Shown here: piece by piece, positions 36,053 through 44,368 of the stretch
Layout of the letters: each line of letters begins with the position of its first letter
How positions within the stretch are numbered: the stretch's first letter is position 1
Made by a program: the position numbers and the translations under genes
Notes under the pieces: generated by a model
The model's input: only the letters and a program-made list of their open reading frames with translations
What the model was told of the DNA's origin: nothing
The model's database searches: none
Assembly: GCA_964626075.1 (NCBI GenBank)
Contig: CAZVDD010000013.1
Coordinates: forward strand, 31,291-95,290
Length of the DNA: 64,000 bases
Reading direction: 5' to 3'
Source: an uncultured bacterium
GTDB lineage: Bacteria; Hydrothermota; Tepidihabitantia; Tepidihabitantales; Tepidihabitantaceae

Positions 36053-37034
36053 TCATCGGCTCGCCCGGTATTTCACAGGTTTCTGAAGTGTGCGTCTCAA
36101 GCCAACTCAGCAACTCTTTGAGGCTTGCCGTGGCGAGACAGATTGAAGTATCCGCGGCGCCATAGTAAACCCGTAAGGTGTCGCCATCCGGTTCCAGCAC
36201 CGCACCGCACGGAAAGACAACACTGGGCACATCACCTACCCGCTCGTAAGGCTTCACTGGACCGAATATCCATTCGCTGCTCCGGCGCACACAGCGCCAG
36301 GGTTGCTCTAAATCCAGTAGCGCGAGACCAACCCGGTAAATTGCACCGCTGGGGGTATCTTTCACCCCGTGATAAAAAATTAGCCAGCCGTGCGCTGTTT
36401 CCAGGGGCGGTGTTGCCAGCCCAACTCGACTGGCATCCCACCAGGCACCCTGCCGTGCTGGCATTACCAGATGGTGTCTACCCCAATGAATCAAATCCGG
36501 TGACTGGGAGATATAGATATGCGCTCCGAGCGATGTCGTGGGCCGATGAACCATCAACCAGTACCCGTTGAACCGCCGGGGTAAAAGTGCCGCATCCTTA
36601 TCTGCCGGCGGCATCACCACGCCCAACCGCTCGTACTCCTTGAAATCTTTGGTCAACGCCAGTCCAACAGCCGGACCTGCCCGAGAATAGGCGGTGTAGG
36701 TAACTGCATACTTTCCCAGTTCCTCAACATAGGTGATGCGCGGGTCTTCAACCCCCCACAACTCTTCCGGAAATCGGCTGGGGTCGGGCGCAAAACTCGG
36801 CTCCGGTTCAATCTCCCAGTTGTCAATCCCGTTAGCGGAACGGGCAACGCATAAGTGCGAAATCCCGCGCCGGTCCTCAACCCGGCACAAAAGCAAGGTT
36901 GCGCCGTCGGGCAACAACACCGCGCCCGGGTTGAACACGGTGTTAACCGTATATGGCCAGTCAGCCGCGGTCAGTATCGGGTTCTTTTCCCAGCGCCGGA
37001 GTAACAACTGCCGGTCCTGTTCAATGTGCCTCAA
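36045..37034 (-). CDS. Glycoside hydrolase family 130 protein (beta-mannoside phosphorylase/hydrolase-like, 329 aa).
   Basis: GVEDPRITY, YTAYS, NGYWLMVHRP, HGWLIFYHGV, VVFPCG and VYYGAADT motifs match GH130 5-bladed propeller enzymes. Confidence 0.75.
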   Translation of the reverse strand: MRHIEQDRQLLLRRWEKNPILTAADWPYTVNTVFNPGAVLLPDGATLLLCRVEDRRGISHLCVARSANGIDNWEIEPEPSFAPDPSRFPEELWGVEDPRITYVEELGKYAVTYTAYSRAGPAVGLALTKDFKEYERLGVVMPPADKDAALLPRRFNGYWLMVHRPTTSLGAHIYISQSPDLIHWGRHHLVMPARQGAWWDASRVGLATPPLETAHGWLIFYHGVKDTPSGAIYRVGLALLDLEQPWRCVRRSSEWIFGPVKPYERVGDVPSVVFPCGAVLEPDGDTLRVYYGAADTSICLATASLKELLSWLETHTSETCEIPGEPMIT

Positions 37035-39292
37035 CCTTCCTCCGTTGTCTGCGCTGTCCGCATCGTCAAGAGGGCGCCGATAAACGACAGTGTTGCCTCT
37101 GCCCCTTCATTGCCATTCACCCCGTCGGGATGCAGCCCATCATGGCAGCCACCGGTCGTGTAGTCGTAAATCGGTAAACCGAGGTCGTTGCGTCCCAAAT
37201 ACCACTCAAACGCCCGGCGCATCTCCTCGCGCCACTTGGGCTCCCGGGTGCTCAAAAATGCTTGATAGCACGCCTCCACTGTGCACTCTGCCTCAATCGG
37301 CTGCTGGTCAAACCGCAGCCGCGCTGTTCCCCGCCGCCATCCCGTATGTGCGACCGGTACAAAGTGCCCCTGCTCCGCAGTCTGCACCGCTATCAACCAT
37401 CTTAAAGAATCCAATCCGGCATCAACCATCTCTCTTTTTCCCAGTTCCCGGCCGGCAACAATCAGCGCCTCGCTCAATCGGGCGTTCGCATAGGCAAGGA
37501 CCGGTTCAAACCAGCGCCAATCTTCAGTAGCGTTGCGCCGGTAGAGGTCGAGCAGTCTTTCCGCCAGAACCTCGCGAAATCGCCGGGCATTACTGTCGCC
37601 CGGAAAACGCCGGCTATAAGCACATAACCCCAGCAAGGTGTAAGCCCAGGCGCGCGGGCTGGTAAAAAGTTCCACCGCGGGCAAACCCGAGGCAAACAAA
37701 TTCATCGCCAGCGCCACCACCCCGTCCTCACTTGCCGAACTTACCGCATAACCCAGCGCCCATAGCGCCCGACCCTGACTGTCTTCCGAACCCGCCTCCT
37801 CAGTCCAGCGCCGTTCATAACTCAAAAAATTCCGAAACCGGCTGTTGTCCCGGTTGAAGGCAAAATCGAGAAACGCCAGATAGCGCCGGACCAGCCGATT
37901 GAGAAAAGGCTTATCCGCCGCCACCTCCTGTGCCCTGAGTACCATCAAAAGCGCCCGGGCGTTGTCGTCCGTTGTATAACCTTCAGCAAGATTGGGCACG
38001 GTGCGCCGGGCATGCTGCAGGATTCCGGTGTCATCGGTCAAGGTCAAAAGATGATTCAAGTTCAACTCCGGCAGGTCGATGTCTAACGGGTCAGCACTGC
38101 CCATCACCGGTGCCACCGCAAGCGGCGCCCGCATCCGCTCCTCGGCGGCACGCTGAAACGAGTTCAAATAGACGCGGGCAACCTCCTTCCAAACCATCAT
38201 TCTTCCAAAGGCGTAGGCACGCTTGCGCATCGAATGGCGCTCGGTTTCATTTTCAAACAATCCGATAATTGTTTCCGCCAGCGCCTTTGAATCGCGAAAC
38301 GGCACCAGTCTTCCCCTGCCTTCCGCCAGCATCTCCTCCGCATACCAGTAAGGGGTTGACACCACCGCCTTACCAACCCCCATTGAATAGGCAAGCGTTC
38401 CGGAAACAATCTGCGCCGGATTGAGATAAGGTGTCACATAGATGTCGGCCGCGCCGAGAAACTGGCACAACTCCTCCAGCGTGACAAACTGATTGTAAAA
38501 TATTAAATTCCGGTCTACCCCTTGCTCGCGTGCCCGTCTTTGCAGGCGCAGCCGGTACTCCTCACCCTGTTCCCGCTTCACATGGGGGTGGGTGACACCG
38601 AGCACGATGTAAACCACATCAGGAAACCGGGCGGCAATCGCCGGCAGGGCGTCAATCATATATTCGATACCCTTGTTGGGTGACAAAAGCCCAAATGTGA
38701 GAATCACCCTTCGGCCCTCAACCCCGAACAAATCCTTGTAGTAGTTCGGGTCAACAAAAGGCATATCCGGAATCCCGTGATGGATAAAATCAATCTTTTT
38801 CTCCGGCACCTGGTAAATCTCTTTTAAAAACCGCACCGCCCGCTCACTCATCACCACGACCCTTTCCGAAATCCGGCAAATCTCCTCCATAACCGAGCGC
38901 TGCTGTTCATTCGGTTCGGCAAGAACCGTATGCAATGTCGTCACAATCGGCATCCGCAACCGGCGCAGCGTTACCAGGATATGCCCGCCCGCGGGCCCGC
39001 CAAATATCCCGAACTCATGCTGAAGACAGGTCAAGTCAACCCGGGTCATATTGAGAAACTCTGCCAGTTGCCGGTAATAATCCTGATTGTTCTGGGCGAC
39101 CTCGAACTTCACCTCCTCAGGATAAGGGTAACCATCCGGCGTATCGTTCAACGCCACAACCAGCCCGTTCAACTCCGGCGCTTCCTGAGTAACCGAATGG
39201 TAAAGGTCTGAGGTAAAGGTGGCAATCCCGCACTTCCGCGGCAGATAAGTTCCAATAAACGCTATCTTCTTAAATAGATACGGACCACGCAT
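37031..39292 (-). CDS. Bifunctional-type protein (753 aa): an N-terminal GT4 glycosyltransferase (~400 aa) fused to a C-terminal ~350 aa (alpha/alpha)6-toroid-like (six-hairpin glycosidase-like) domain.
   Basis: N-terminal half has GT4 features (LSPNKG, GT-B fold). C-terminal half shows repeated aromatic-rich helix pairs (DDNARALLMVL, ALWALGYAV, AWAYTLLGL, VLAYANARL) typical of six-hairpin folds. Shine-Dalgarno GAGGTGA upstream of the ATG at 39292. Confidence 0.6.
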   Translation of the reverse strand: MRGPYLFKKIAFIGTYLPRKCGIATFTSDLYHSVTQEAPELNGLVVALNDTPDGYPYPEEVKFEVAQNNQDYYRQLAEFLNMTRVDLTCLQHEFGIFGGPAGGHILVTLRRLRMPIVTTLHTVLAEPNEQQRSVMEEICRISERVVVMSERAVRFLKEIYQVPEKKIDFIHHGIPDMPFVDPNYYKDLFGVEGRRVILTFGLLSPNKGIEYMIDALPAIAARFPDVVYIVLGVTHPHVKREQGEEYRLRLQRRAREQGVDRNLIFYNQFVTLEELCQFLGAADIYVTPYLNPAQIVSGTLAYSMGVGKAVVSTPYWYAEEMLAEGRGRLVPFRDSKALAETIIGLFENETERHSMRKRAYAFGRMMVWKEVARVYLNSFQRAAEERMRAPLAVAPVMGSADPLDIDLPELNLNHLLTLTDDTGILQHARRTVPNLAEGYTTDDNARALLMVLRAQEVAADKPFLNRLVRRYLAFLDFAFNRDNSRFRNFLSYERRWTEEAGSEDSQGRALWALGYAVSSASEDGVVALAMNLFASGLPAVELFTSPRAWAYTLLGLCAYSRRFPGDSNARRFREVLAERLLDLYRRNATEDWRWFEPVLAYANARLSEALIVAGRELGKREMVDAGLDSLRWLIAVQTAEQGHFVPVAHTGWRRGTARLRFDQQPIEAECTVEACYQAFLSTREPKWREEMRRAFEWYLGRNDLGLPIYDYTTGGCHDGLHPDGVNGNEGAEATLSFIGALLTMRTAQTTEEG

Positions 39293-39335
39293 AACCGTTC
39301 ACCTCAAACCCTTTTTTATCTCTCATTTAATATCC

Positions 39336-39364
39336 ATTTTAGTCCCACCGTTAAGGAATGTCAA
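39336..39364 (-). promoter_or_regulatory. Promoter of the GT4-fusion/GH130 operon (minus strand: TTGACA, 17 nt, TAAAAT). Leader ~37 nt with a Shine-Dalgarno.
   Basis: Read on the reverse complement. Same TAAAAT -10 as two other promoters in the window. Confidence 0.5.
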
Positions 39365-39689
39365 CATATGTAACTCTAAACCCCTATGCGCCACCGCGTT
39401 AGGGCAAACCCGGCAACCAACTTTTGCCCCGGACCACCGCTATCACCTATTAGACCCCAACCGAAGAAAAAATTAACGCCCTTTCTCCTAACTGATTGTC
39501 AGTCCATAGGTTAACCGTATAGGATACGGTCCCCTGACCCGTTCCGGGGACTGCTTCTTACACCCTGACCTGTTTCTGTACCGGCAGGTTTTGATAGCCA
39601 ACCGCACCAATCCCGGTAAGTTACCCGACTTGCGCGCTGCGCCCGCCAATTTCACCCAACCACCGATACTTTTTTGGGCAACAAGCTGG

Positions 39690-40325
39690 CTATTTGCGCA
39701 CCGCTGCCTTTTCAAACTCTGCTATCGCCTCATCGGAAAGGGGATGATTACCCAGCGCTAACAGCACCTCATAGGGCAGGGTTAAATGGTGGGCACCAGC
39801 GATAAACGCTCGCAGCGCCTCTTCCGGCGACTTAACACTTGCCGCCACAAGTTCCACCGGCCTGCCACTTGCCTGAATCACCGCTGCCATTTCGGCAATC
39901 AGTTTTATCCCGTCGCCCAAAAGCCTGGTTGCCCGGTTGACATAAGGGATGACATAAGTGCACCCGGCTTCAATCGCAAGGAGCGTTTGGTGCCCGCTGA
40001 ACACCGCGGTCGCGGCACAGGGGATTTCCGGTGCAAGGCGGGTGACGAGCGCCAGGTTTTCGGTTGTCGCCGGAATCTTCAACACAATCTTGTCCGGCGC
40101 AATCTGGTAAAACTCCCTTGCCTCCTGCTCCTTTTCCCGCAAAGCCTTGCCGGTCAACTGATAAAATACCGGACCGGGCACAATCTGACACAACCTTTTA
40201 ATCACCGTATCAGGTGCCGCCGCCACCTTTGATAGTAGGATAGGATTGGTCGTGCACCCGCGCACGAACCCCAGTTTTACTGCCTGCGTTACCTCATCAA
40301 CAACCGCACTGTCAATGAACAGCAT
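39690..40325 (-). CDS. Second transaldolase / fructose-6-phosphate aldolase family protein (211 aa).
   Basis: MLFIDSAVVDEV..GCTTNP motif. Start reassigned to the ATG at 40325 with AGGAGGG Shine-Dalgarno. Translationally coupled to the upstream ribokinase gene. Confidence 0.8.
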   Translation of the reverse strand: MLFIDSAVVDEVTQAVKLGFVRGCTTNPILLSKVAAAPDTVIKRLCQIVPGPVFYQLTGKALREKEQEAREFYQIAPDKIVLKIPATTENLALVTRLAPEIPCAATAVFSGHQTLLAIEAGCTYVIPYVNRATRLLGDGIKLIAEMAAVIQASGRPVELVAASVKSPEEALRAFIAGAHHLTLPYEVLLALGNHPLSDEAIAEFEKAAVRK

Positions 40326-40326
40326 C

Positions 40327-41247
40327 TTAACCCTCCTGTTCCTTGAGCAACCGCTCAACCTCTTCCCTTCGGGGCATAGACGGTTCTGCCCCGAGTACCG
40401 TGCAGGCGACTGCACCGCACGCATTGGCAAACCGCACCGCCTCATCCAGACTCCGACCCTCGGCGATACTTACCACCAGACCGGCGCGAAAGGCGTCACC
40501 GGCACCGGTCGAATCTATCGCCTTAACCTTAAACGGTGGAAACCGCCTTTTGCCATTTTCGTCAAACACCAGCGCGCCATCTGCGCCCACCGAAATAATT
40601 ACCGCCCGGCGTCCGGATTTAAGTTCGGCTTTTGCCCAGTCATCAATCGCCATCCCGCCTGCCAGTTCTGCCGCCTCAATCTCGTTCGGAACGATGTAAT
40701 CAATTGGCTGGCTGATGGGCAGTTCAATCTTGTGAAACGGTGCCGGGTCAAGAAACACCAGACACCCGGCATTGCGGGCAATGGTCGCCGCCTGAAACGA
40801 AACCCGGTGCGGAATCTCAAACTGCAGCATCAGGGCATCCGCCGCCTCAATTTCCGGCTTTACCATCGCTATCTGTTCCTCACCCAGGCGGAGATTGGCA
40901 CCGGCAACACCGATAATCGCATTCTGCCCGGCACTGTCAATCATCGGGCAGGCAACACCCGTTGGCACTTCGGGGTCAACAGCGACGAAATCGGTCCTCA
41001 TCCCTTCCTCTTTCATCTTCTTCAAAAACAACTCGCCGAAGTAGTCCATTCCCACCTTGCCCACCATCACAACATCGGCCCCCAGCCGATGCGCCGCAAC
41101 CGCCTGATTAAAACCCTTGCCGCCTAAAAAAAGTCCAAACCCATCACCGGCCATTGACTCGCCTGGTCGGGGCAACCGCTTGACCCGAAACACCATATCG
41201 GTCATAAAAGAACCAACAACGCAGATTTTAACCCGCTTATTTTTCAT
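40327..41247 (-). CDS. rbsK: Ribokinase-like PfkB-family sugar kinase (306 aa).
   Basis: N-terminal GSFMTDMVFRV..PGES and C-terminal DSTGAGDAFRAGL...ANACGA.CTV.GA.PS motifs, as in RbsK. Confidence 0.75.
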   Translation of the reverse strand: MKNKRVKICVVGSFMTDMVFRVKRLPRPGESMAGDGFGLFLGGKGFNQAVAAHRLGADVVMVGKVGMDYFGELFLKKMKEEGMRTDFVAVDPEVPTGVACPMIDSAGQNAIIGVAGANLRLGEEQIAMVKPEIEAADALMLQFEIPHRVSFQAATIARNAGCLVFLDPAPFHKIELPISQPIDYIVPNEIEAAELAGGMAIDDWAKAELKSGRRAVIISVGADGALVFDENGKRRFPPFKVKAIDSTGAGDAFRAGLVVSIAEGRSLDEAVRFANACGAVACTVLGAEPSMPRREEVERLLKEQEG

Positions 41248-41298
41248 AATGTTAAGTTTATCGCCGCAATACGCCCCCTGTCAAACCAGACGAAAAAA

Positions 41299-41326
41299 TT
41301 GACCACCCGAAAATTGTCCTTATTGT
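41299..41326 (+). promoter_or_regulatory. Leaderless-type promoter (TTGACC, 16 nt, TATTGT, 6 nt, ATG at 41333).
   Basis: Read directly. Confidence 0.35.
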
Positions 41327-41332
41327 TAAACT

Positions 41333-41854
41333 ATGCTGCTAAATTTCCACGGCAAACAGCCGCAAATTGCCCCGGATGTTTTTGTTGCGCCCAATGCGGT
41401 CATCGTTGGCGACTGCGAAATTAAATCCGGGGCAACAATCTGGTTCGGTGTGCTGATTCGGGCTGATGTCAACCGTATCGTCATCGGTTCAATCACCAAC
41501 ATCCAGGATTTATCCGTCATCCACTGTGACGAAGCCGAACCACCGGTTGTACTCGGTACTCGGGTAACCGTGGGCCACCGGGCGATTGTGCACGGTTGCA
41601 CGATAGAAGACGAGGCGATGATTGGCATGGGTGCGGTCATTCTCAACCGGGCAAAAGTTGGCAGGAACTCAATTGTTGCTGCCGGCAGCCTGGTCAAAGA
41701 AGATTTCGTAGTGCCTCCGGGCACTCTTGTTGCCGGGGTGCCGGCGCAAATCAAACGGGAACTGCAACCGGCAGAAATTGAATGGCTCAAAAAGGTGGCA
41801 GAGGGTTATTATCAACTGGGCAAAAAGTATCGTCAGTTAACTCCGACAACCTGA
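41333..41854 (+). CDS. Gamma-class carbonic anhydrase family / hexapeptide-repeat protein (173 aa).
   Basis: Left-handed beta-helix hexapeptide repeats with a YrdA/PaaY-like N-terminus. Confidence 0.8.
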   Translation: MLLNFHGKQPQIAPDVFVAPNAVIVGDCEIKSGATIWFGVLIRADVNRIVIGSITNIQDLSVIHCDEAEPPVVLGTRVTVGHRAIVHGCTIEDEAMIGMGAVILNRAKVGRNSIVAAGSLVKEDFVVPPGTLVAGVPAQIKRELQPAEIEWLKKVAEGYYQLGKKYRQLTPTT

Positions 41855-41896
41855 TTAGAAACCATTAGAACCGGGTTTTGCTCAACCCCAAAACAA

Positions 41897-42613
41897 CTAT
41901 TCAAAAATCCGTTCCACCGCCTGGTCTTCAACCCAGCCGCCTATACCACCCGGAATCTGAATCAACACAAACCCGGGCCGGCGCTCAACAATCTTGACCT
42001 CCAACCCATCGTGCACCGCGGCGATCTCCTTGTACTCTTCACCCGGTCCGGAGCGTAAAATCGCCTCAGCCACCACCACCACCGCCTTTGCCCGATTGAC
42101 CATACCTTGCCAGATTAGCGCCCCGGCACCAAAGTAGAGAAAAACAACTGTTAACCCGATTGCCCCATAACCCAAAAACTTTTTGCCCGTGCTCAGATAG
42201 AGCCCGAGACAAAGCGCCAGGACGAAAAACAAAAACCCGGCAAGAAAACGGGTTGTCAATCGGTCAAACGGTGTCAGGAGATTACGCACCGTTGTTGTCA
42301 ACGGGCTTTCCGGATTGGGATTTTTATCCGGTCGGAAGTTGCGCACAAAGGCGATGTTGCTCGTTATGTCCGGGTCGTGCGGCTTGAGCGCCCAGGCACG
42401 GAGATAGTCCGCGAGCGCCCTGCCCAACCTACCTAACTTGAAATGGGTATTGCCCCGATTGTAATAAATCTCCACCGCCGCGGCCTCCTGCGCCGCCGAG
42501 TCGTAAAGGACAATGGCATCTTCAAACCGTCCTGCCTCGTAAAGTTTGTTTGCCCGTTCCAACTGTTCAACCGGTAGTGCAAACACCAATATCAGCGTCG
42601 CAAGTAAACTCAT
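41897..42613 (-). CDS. batE: BatE-like TPR plus SH3b-domain protein (238 aa).
   Basis: N-terminal TPR, central TM, C-terminal SH3-like region. Terminal position in the Bat operon. Confidence 0.55.
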   Translation of the reverse strand: MSLLATLILVFALPVEQLERANKLYEAGRFEDAIVLYDSAAQEAAAVEIYYNRGNTHFKLGRLGRALADYLRAWALKPHDPDITSNIAFVRNFRPDKNPNPESPLTTTVRNLLTPFDRLTTRFLAGFLFFVLALCLGLYLSTGKKFLGYGAIGLTVVFLYFGAGALIWQGMVNRAKAVVVVAEAILRSGPGEEYKEIAAVHDGLEVKIVERRPGFVLIQIPGGIGGWVEDQAVERIFE

Positions 42614-44367
42614 ATCTTTTTGACAACTCCGCGTGCCTTTTGTAAAACCGCCCGCGGGTTACAGTCGCTCATCCCGGGCGAAAACCGGGCAAGGGCACAA
42701 AGCTGCACCGTGTCCAGCAAATCCTGCACCGCTCCCGCATCGGCGCCCTGTCGGGTCAACGCATCTTTTATCTCCGCACCGGTCAAAGCACCGGTTTCAA
42801 TGTTGAACCGGTCCCCAGCATAAGAAAGTAACGCCTGATACACCAGACTGTAAAAGTCGGCAATCCGGTTTGCGCCCAGCGCTTTTTCCGCCTGTTTCAA
42901 CCGGCGGGTTGCAACCTTCCGCGCATTACTGCGGCGGGCATAACCCGGGTCAAGTTGCAACTTGCGCCGCCGGACACCAAACCCGATGCCGAACGCCATC
43001 ACAACCAGCCCCACTATGTAAAACAACTTAAACCAGGATTCATAACCCGCCAACCGGTTACCGGTCAAGCGCAGTTCGGTCTTGATATGCCTGATGTCCG
43101 TACCCAGAACCCTCATTCCGGTCGCGGTCGTATAATCCTCCCCGCTTCTTGCCGGCACACCGAGAGCGACAAACTCCAAAGGCGGCGTCTTTCTTATGTA
43201 GTAACTACCCGTATTCGGGTCAAAGAAACCAATCTCAACCTCCGGAATCCGGAATTTACCGTCGGCCAGCGGCAAAAGTGGATATTCAAACCGCCTTGTA
43301 CCCTTGAGCCCGCCGCTGGCGTAATTGCAATCGTCCTTTGTCTCCGGGCTCAAGACCTTCAAACCGGTAATCGCCGGCAGAGTTGGCGCACCAATTAAAC
43401 CAAGGTTACCGGTTCCGGTGATAACAAGCGAAAGCATAACCGGTTCACCACCCTTTGCCGTTTCCGGCACCACCCGGGCACTAACCTGAAACGAACCAAC
43501 ACCACCGGTGAACGATGTTGGTCTTCCTGTTTCGGGCAGCGCCTTTACCTCAACCGTCACCTCTTCCGAATTAACCTCAAACGGCTTAGCGGTTGAGAAG
43601 AAAAACCCCGGCGCCACCATCTCACCGGCAAGGCTCATCTTGCCAATCTTCAACTGCCCGGCACGGGTGGGAAACAGCGCGGTCTTTCGCACCACCGCGC
43701 CGAACATCTGCCTGCCCCGATAGTTTCGCCTTTCATAATTCAGTTTTTGCGGTTGATAAACCTCTTGAGTCCAGAAACCGCTCAGGGGCGGCGGCTCTTT
43801 GATATTCAAACTTACCACCTGCCCTGTGGTGTAAAATGTCCAGGTTGCGGTTACCATCTCACCCTGATAAACCGTTTTTCGGTCCACGCTCACATCAAGA
43901 AAAACCTCGCCTCGGGCCGGTTCCGGCTCTTCAAAGATATCAAAGGGGCTGCGCTGGGGTTGCGAGCGCTTTGTCTGAGTCCCGGTTTTTGTCACCTTAA
44001 CCGTTATTGGTTCGGTTGTGTACTCCGTCCCGTTGTAGTTCAACCGGCAGGGTCCGATTACCAGCTCGCCGGTCTTTTTCGGAATCAGGGTGTAGATAAA
44101 ACTGATTGTCTGCTCCTGAGTCACCCGGCCCTGAACAATTGAAATACTTGTTGACTGTGACTGGCTACTGCCGACATTGTCAAACCCGGCCAGTTCGGGC
44201 AACTGCGGCTTCGGCACCCGGCCTACATTCGTTCCGCTTACCTGAACAATCAACTGCAACGGCTCACCCAGCCCAACCGTCATCCGGTCAACCTCGGCAG
44301 TAAACCGCAACTCACCCCCGGTCGCGAGGGCCAAAAACAAACCAAAGGTCGCAATCCAGCGCCGCAT
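42610..44367 (-). CDS. batD: BatD (oxygen tolerance) protein (~585 aa).
   Basis: Signal peptide plus a large beta-rich extracytoplasmic domain, C-terminal TM and basic tail. Start reassigned to the ATG at 44367, which is TAAGATG-coupled to the batB/C stop. Confidence 0.6.
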   Translation of the reverse strand: MRRWIATFGLFLALATGGELRFTAEVDRMTVGLGEPLQLIVQVSGTNVGRVPKPQLPELAGFDNVGSSQSQSTSISIVQGRVTQEQTISFIYTLIPKKTGELVIGPCRLNYNGTEYTTEPITVKVTKTGTQTKRSQPQRSPFDIFEEPEPARGEVFLDVSVDRKTVYQGEMVTATWTFYTTGQVVSLNIKEPPPLSGFWTQEVYQPQKLNYERRNYRGRQMFGAVVRKTALFPTRAGQLKIGKMSLAGEMVAPGFFFSTAKPFEVNSEEVTVEVKALPETGRPTSFTGGVGSFQVSARVVPETAKGGEPVMLSLVITGTGNLGLIGAPTLPAITGLKVLSPETKDDCNYASGGLKGTRRFEYPLLPLADGKFRIPEVEIGFFDPNTGSYYIRKTPPLEFVALGVPARSGEDYTTATGMRVLGTDIRHIKTELRLTGNRLAGYESWFKLFYIVGLVVMAFGIGFGVRRRKLQLDPGYARRSNARKVATRRLKQAEKALGANRIADFYSLVYQALLSYAGDRFNIETGALTGAEIKDALTRQGADAGAVQDLLDTVQLCALARFSPGMSDCNPRAVLQKARGVVKKI

Positions 44368-44368
44368 C

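Noticed and set aside
39365-39689. Possible riboswitch or ncRNA in the 325 bp between Tal2 and the GT4-fusion promoter.
   Set aside because: Only short local hairpins, such as ACCGUAU-AGG-AUACGGU at about 39508-39524, and no recognisable riboswitch core. Left as unexplained spacer.
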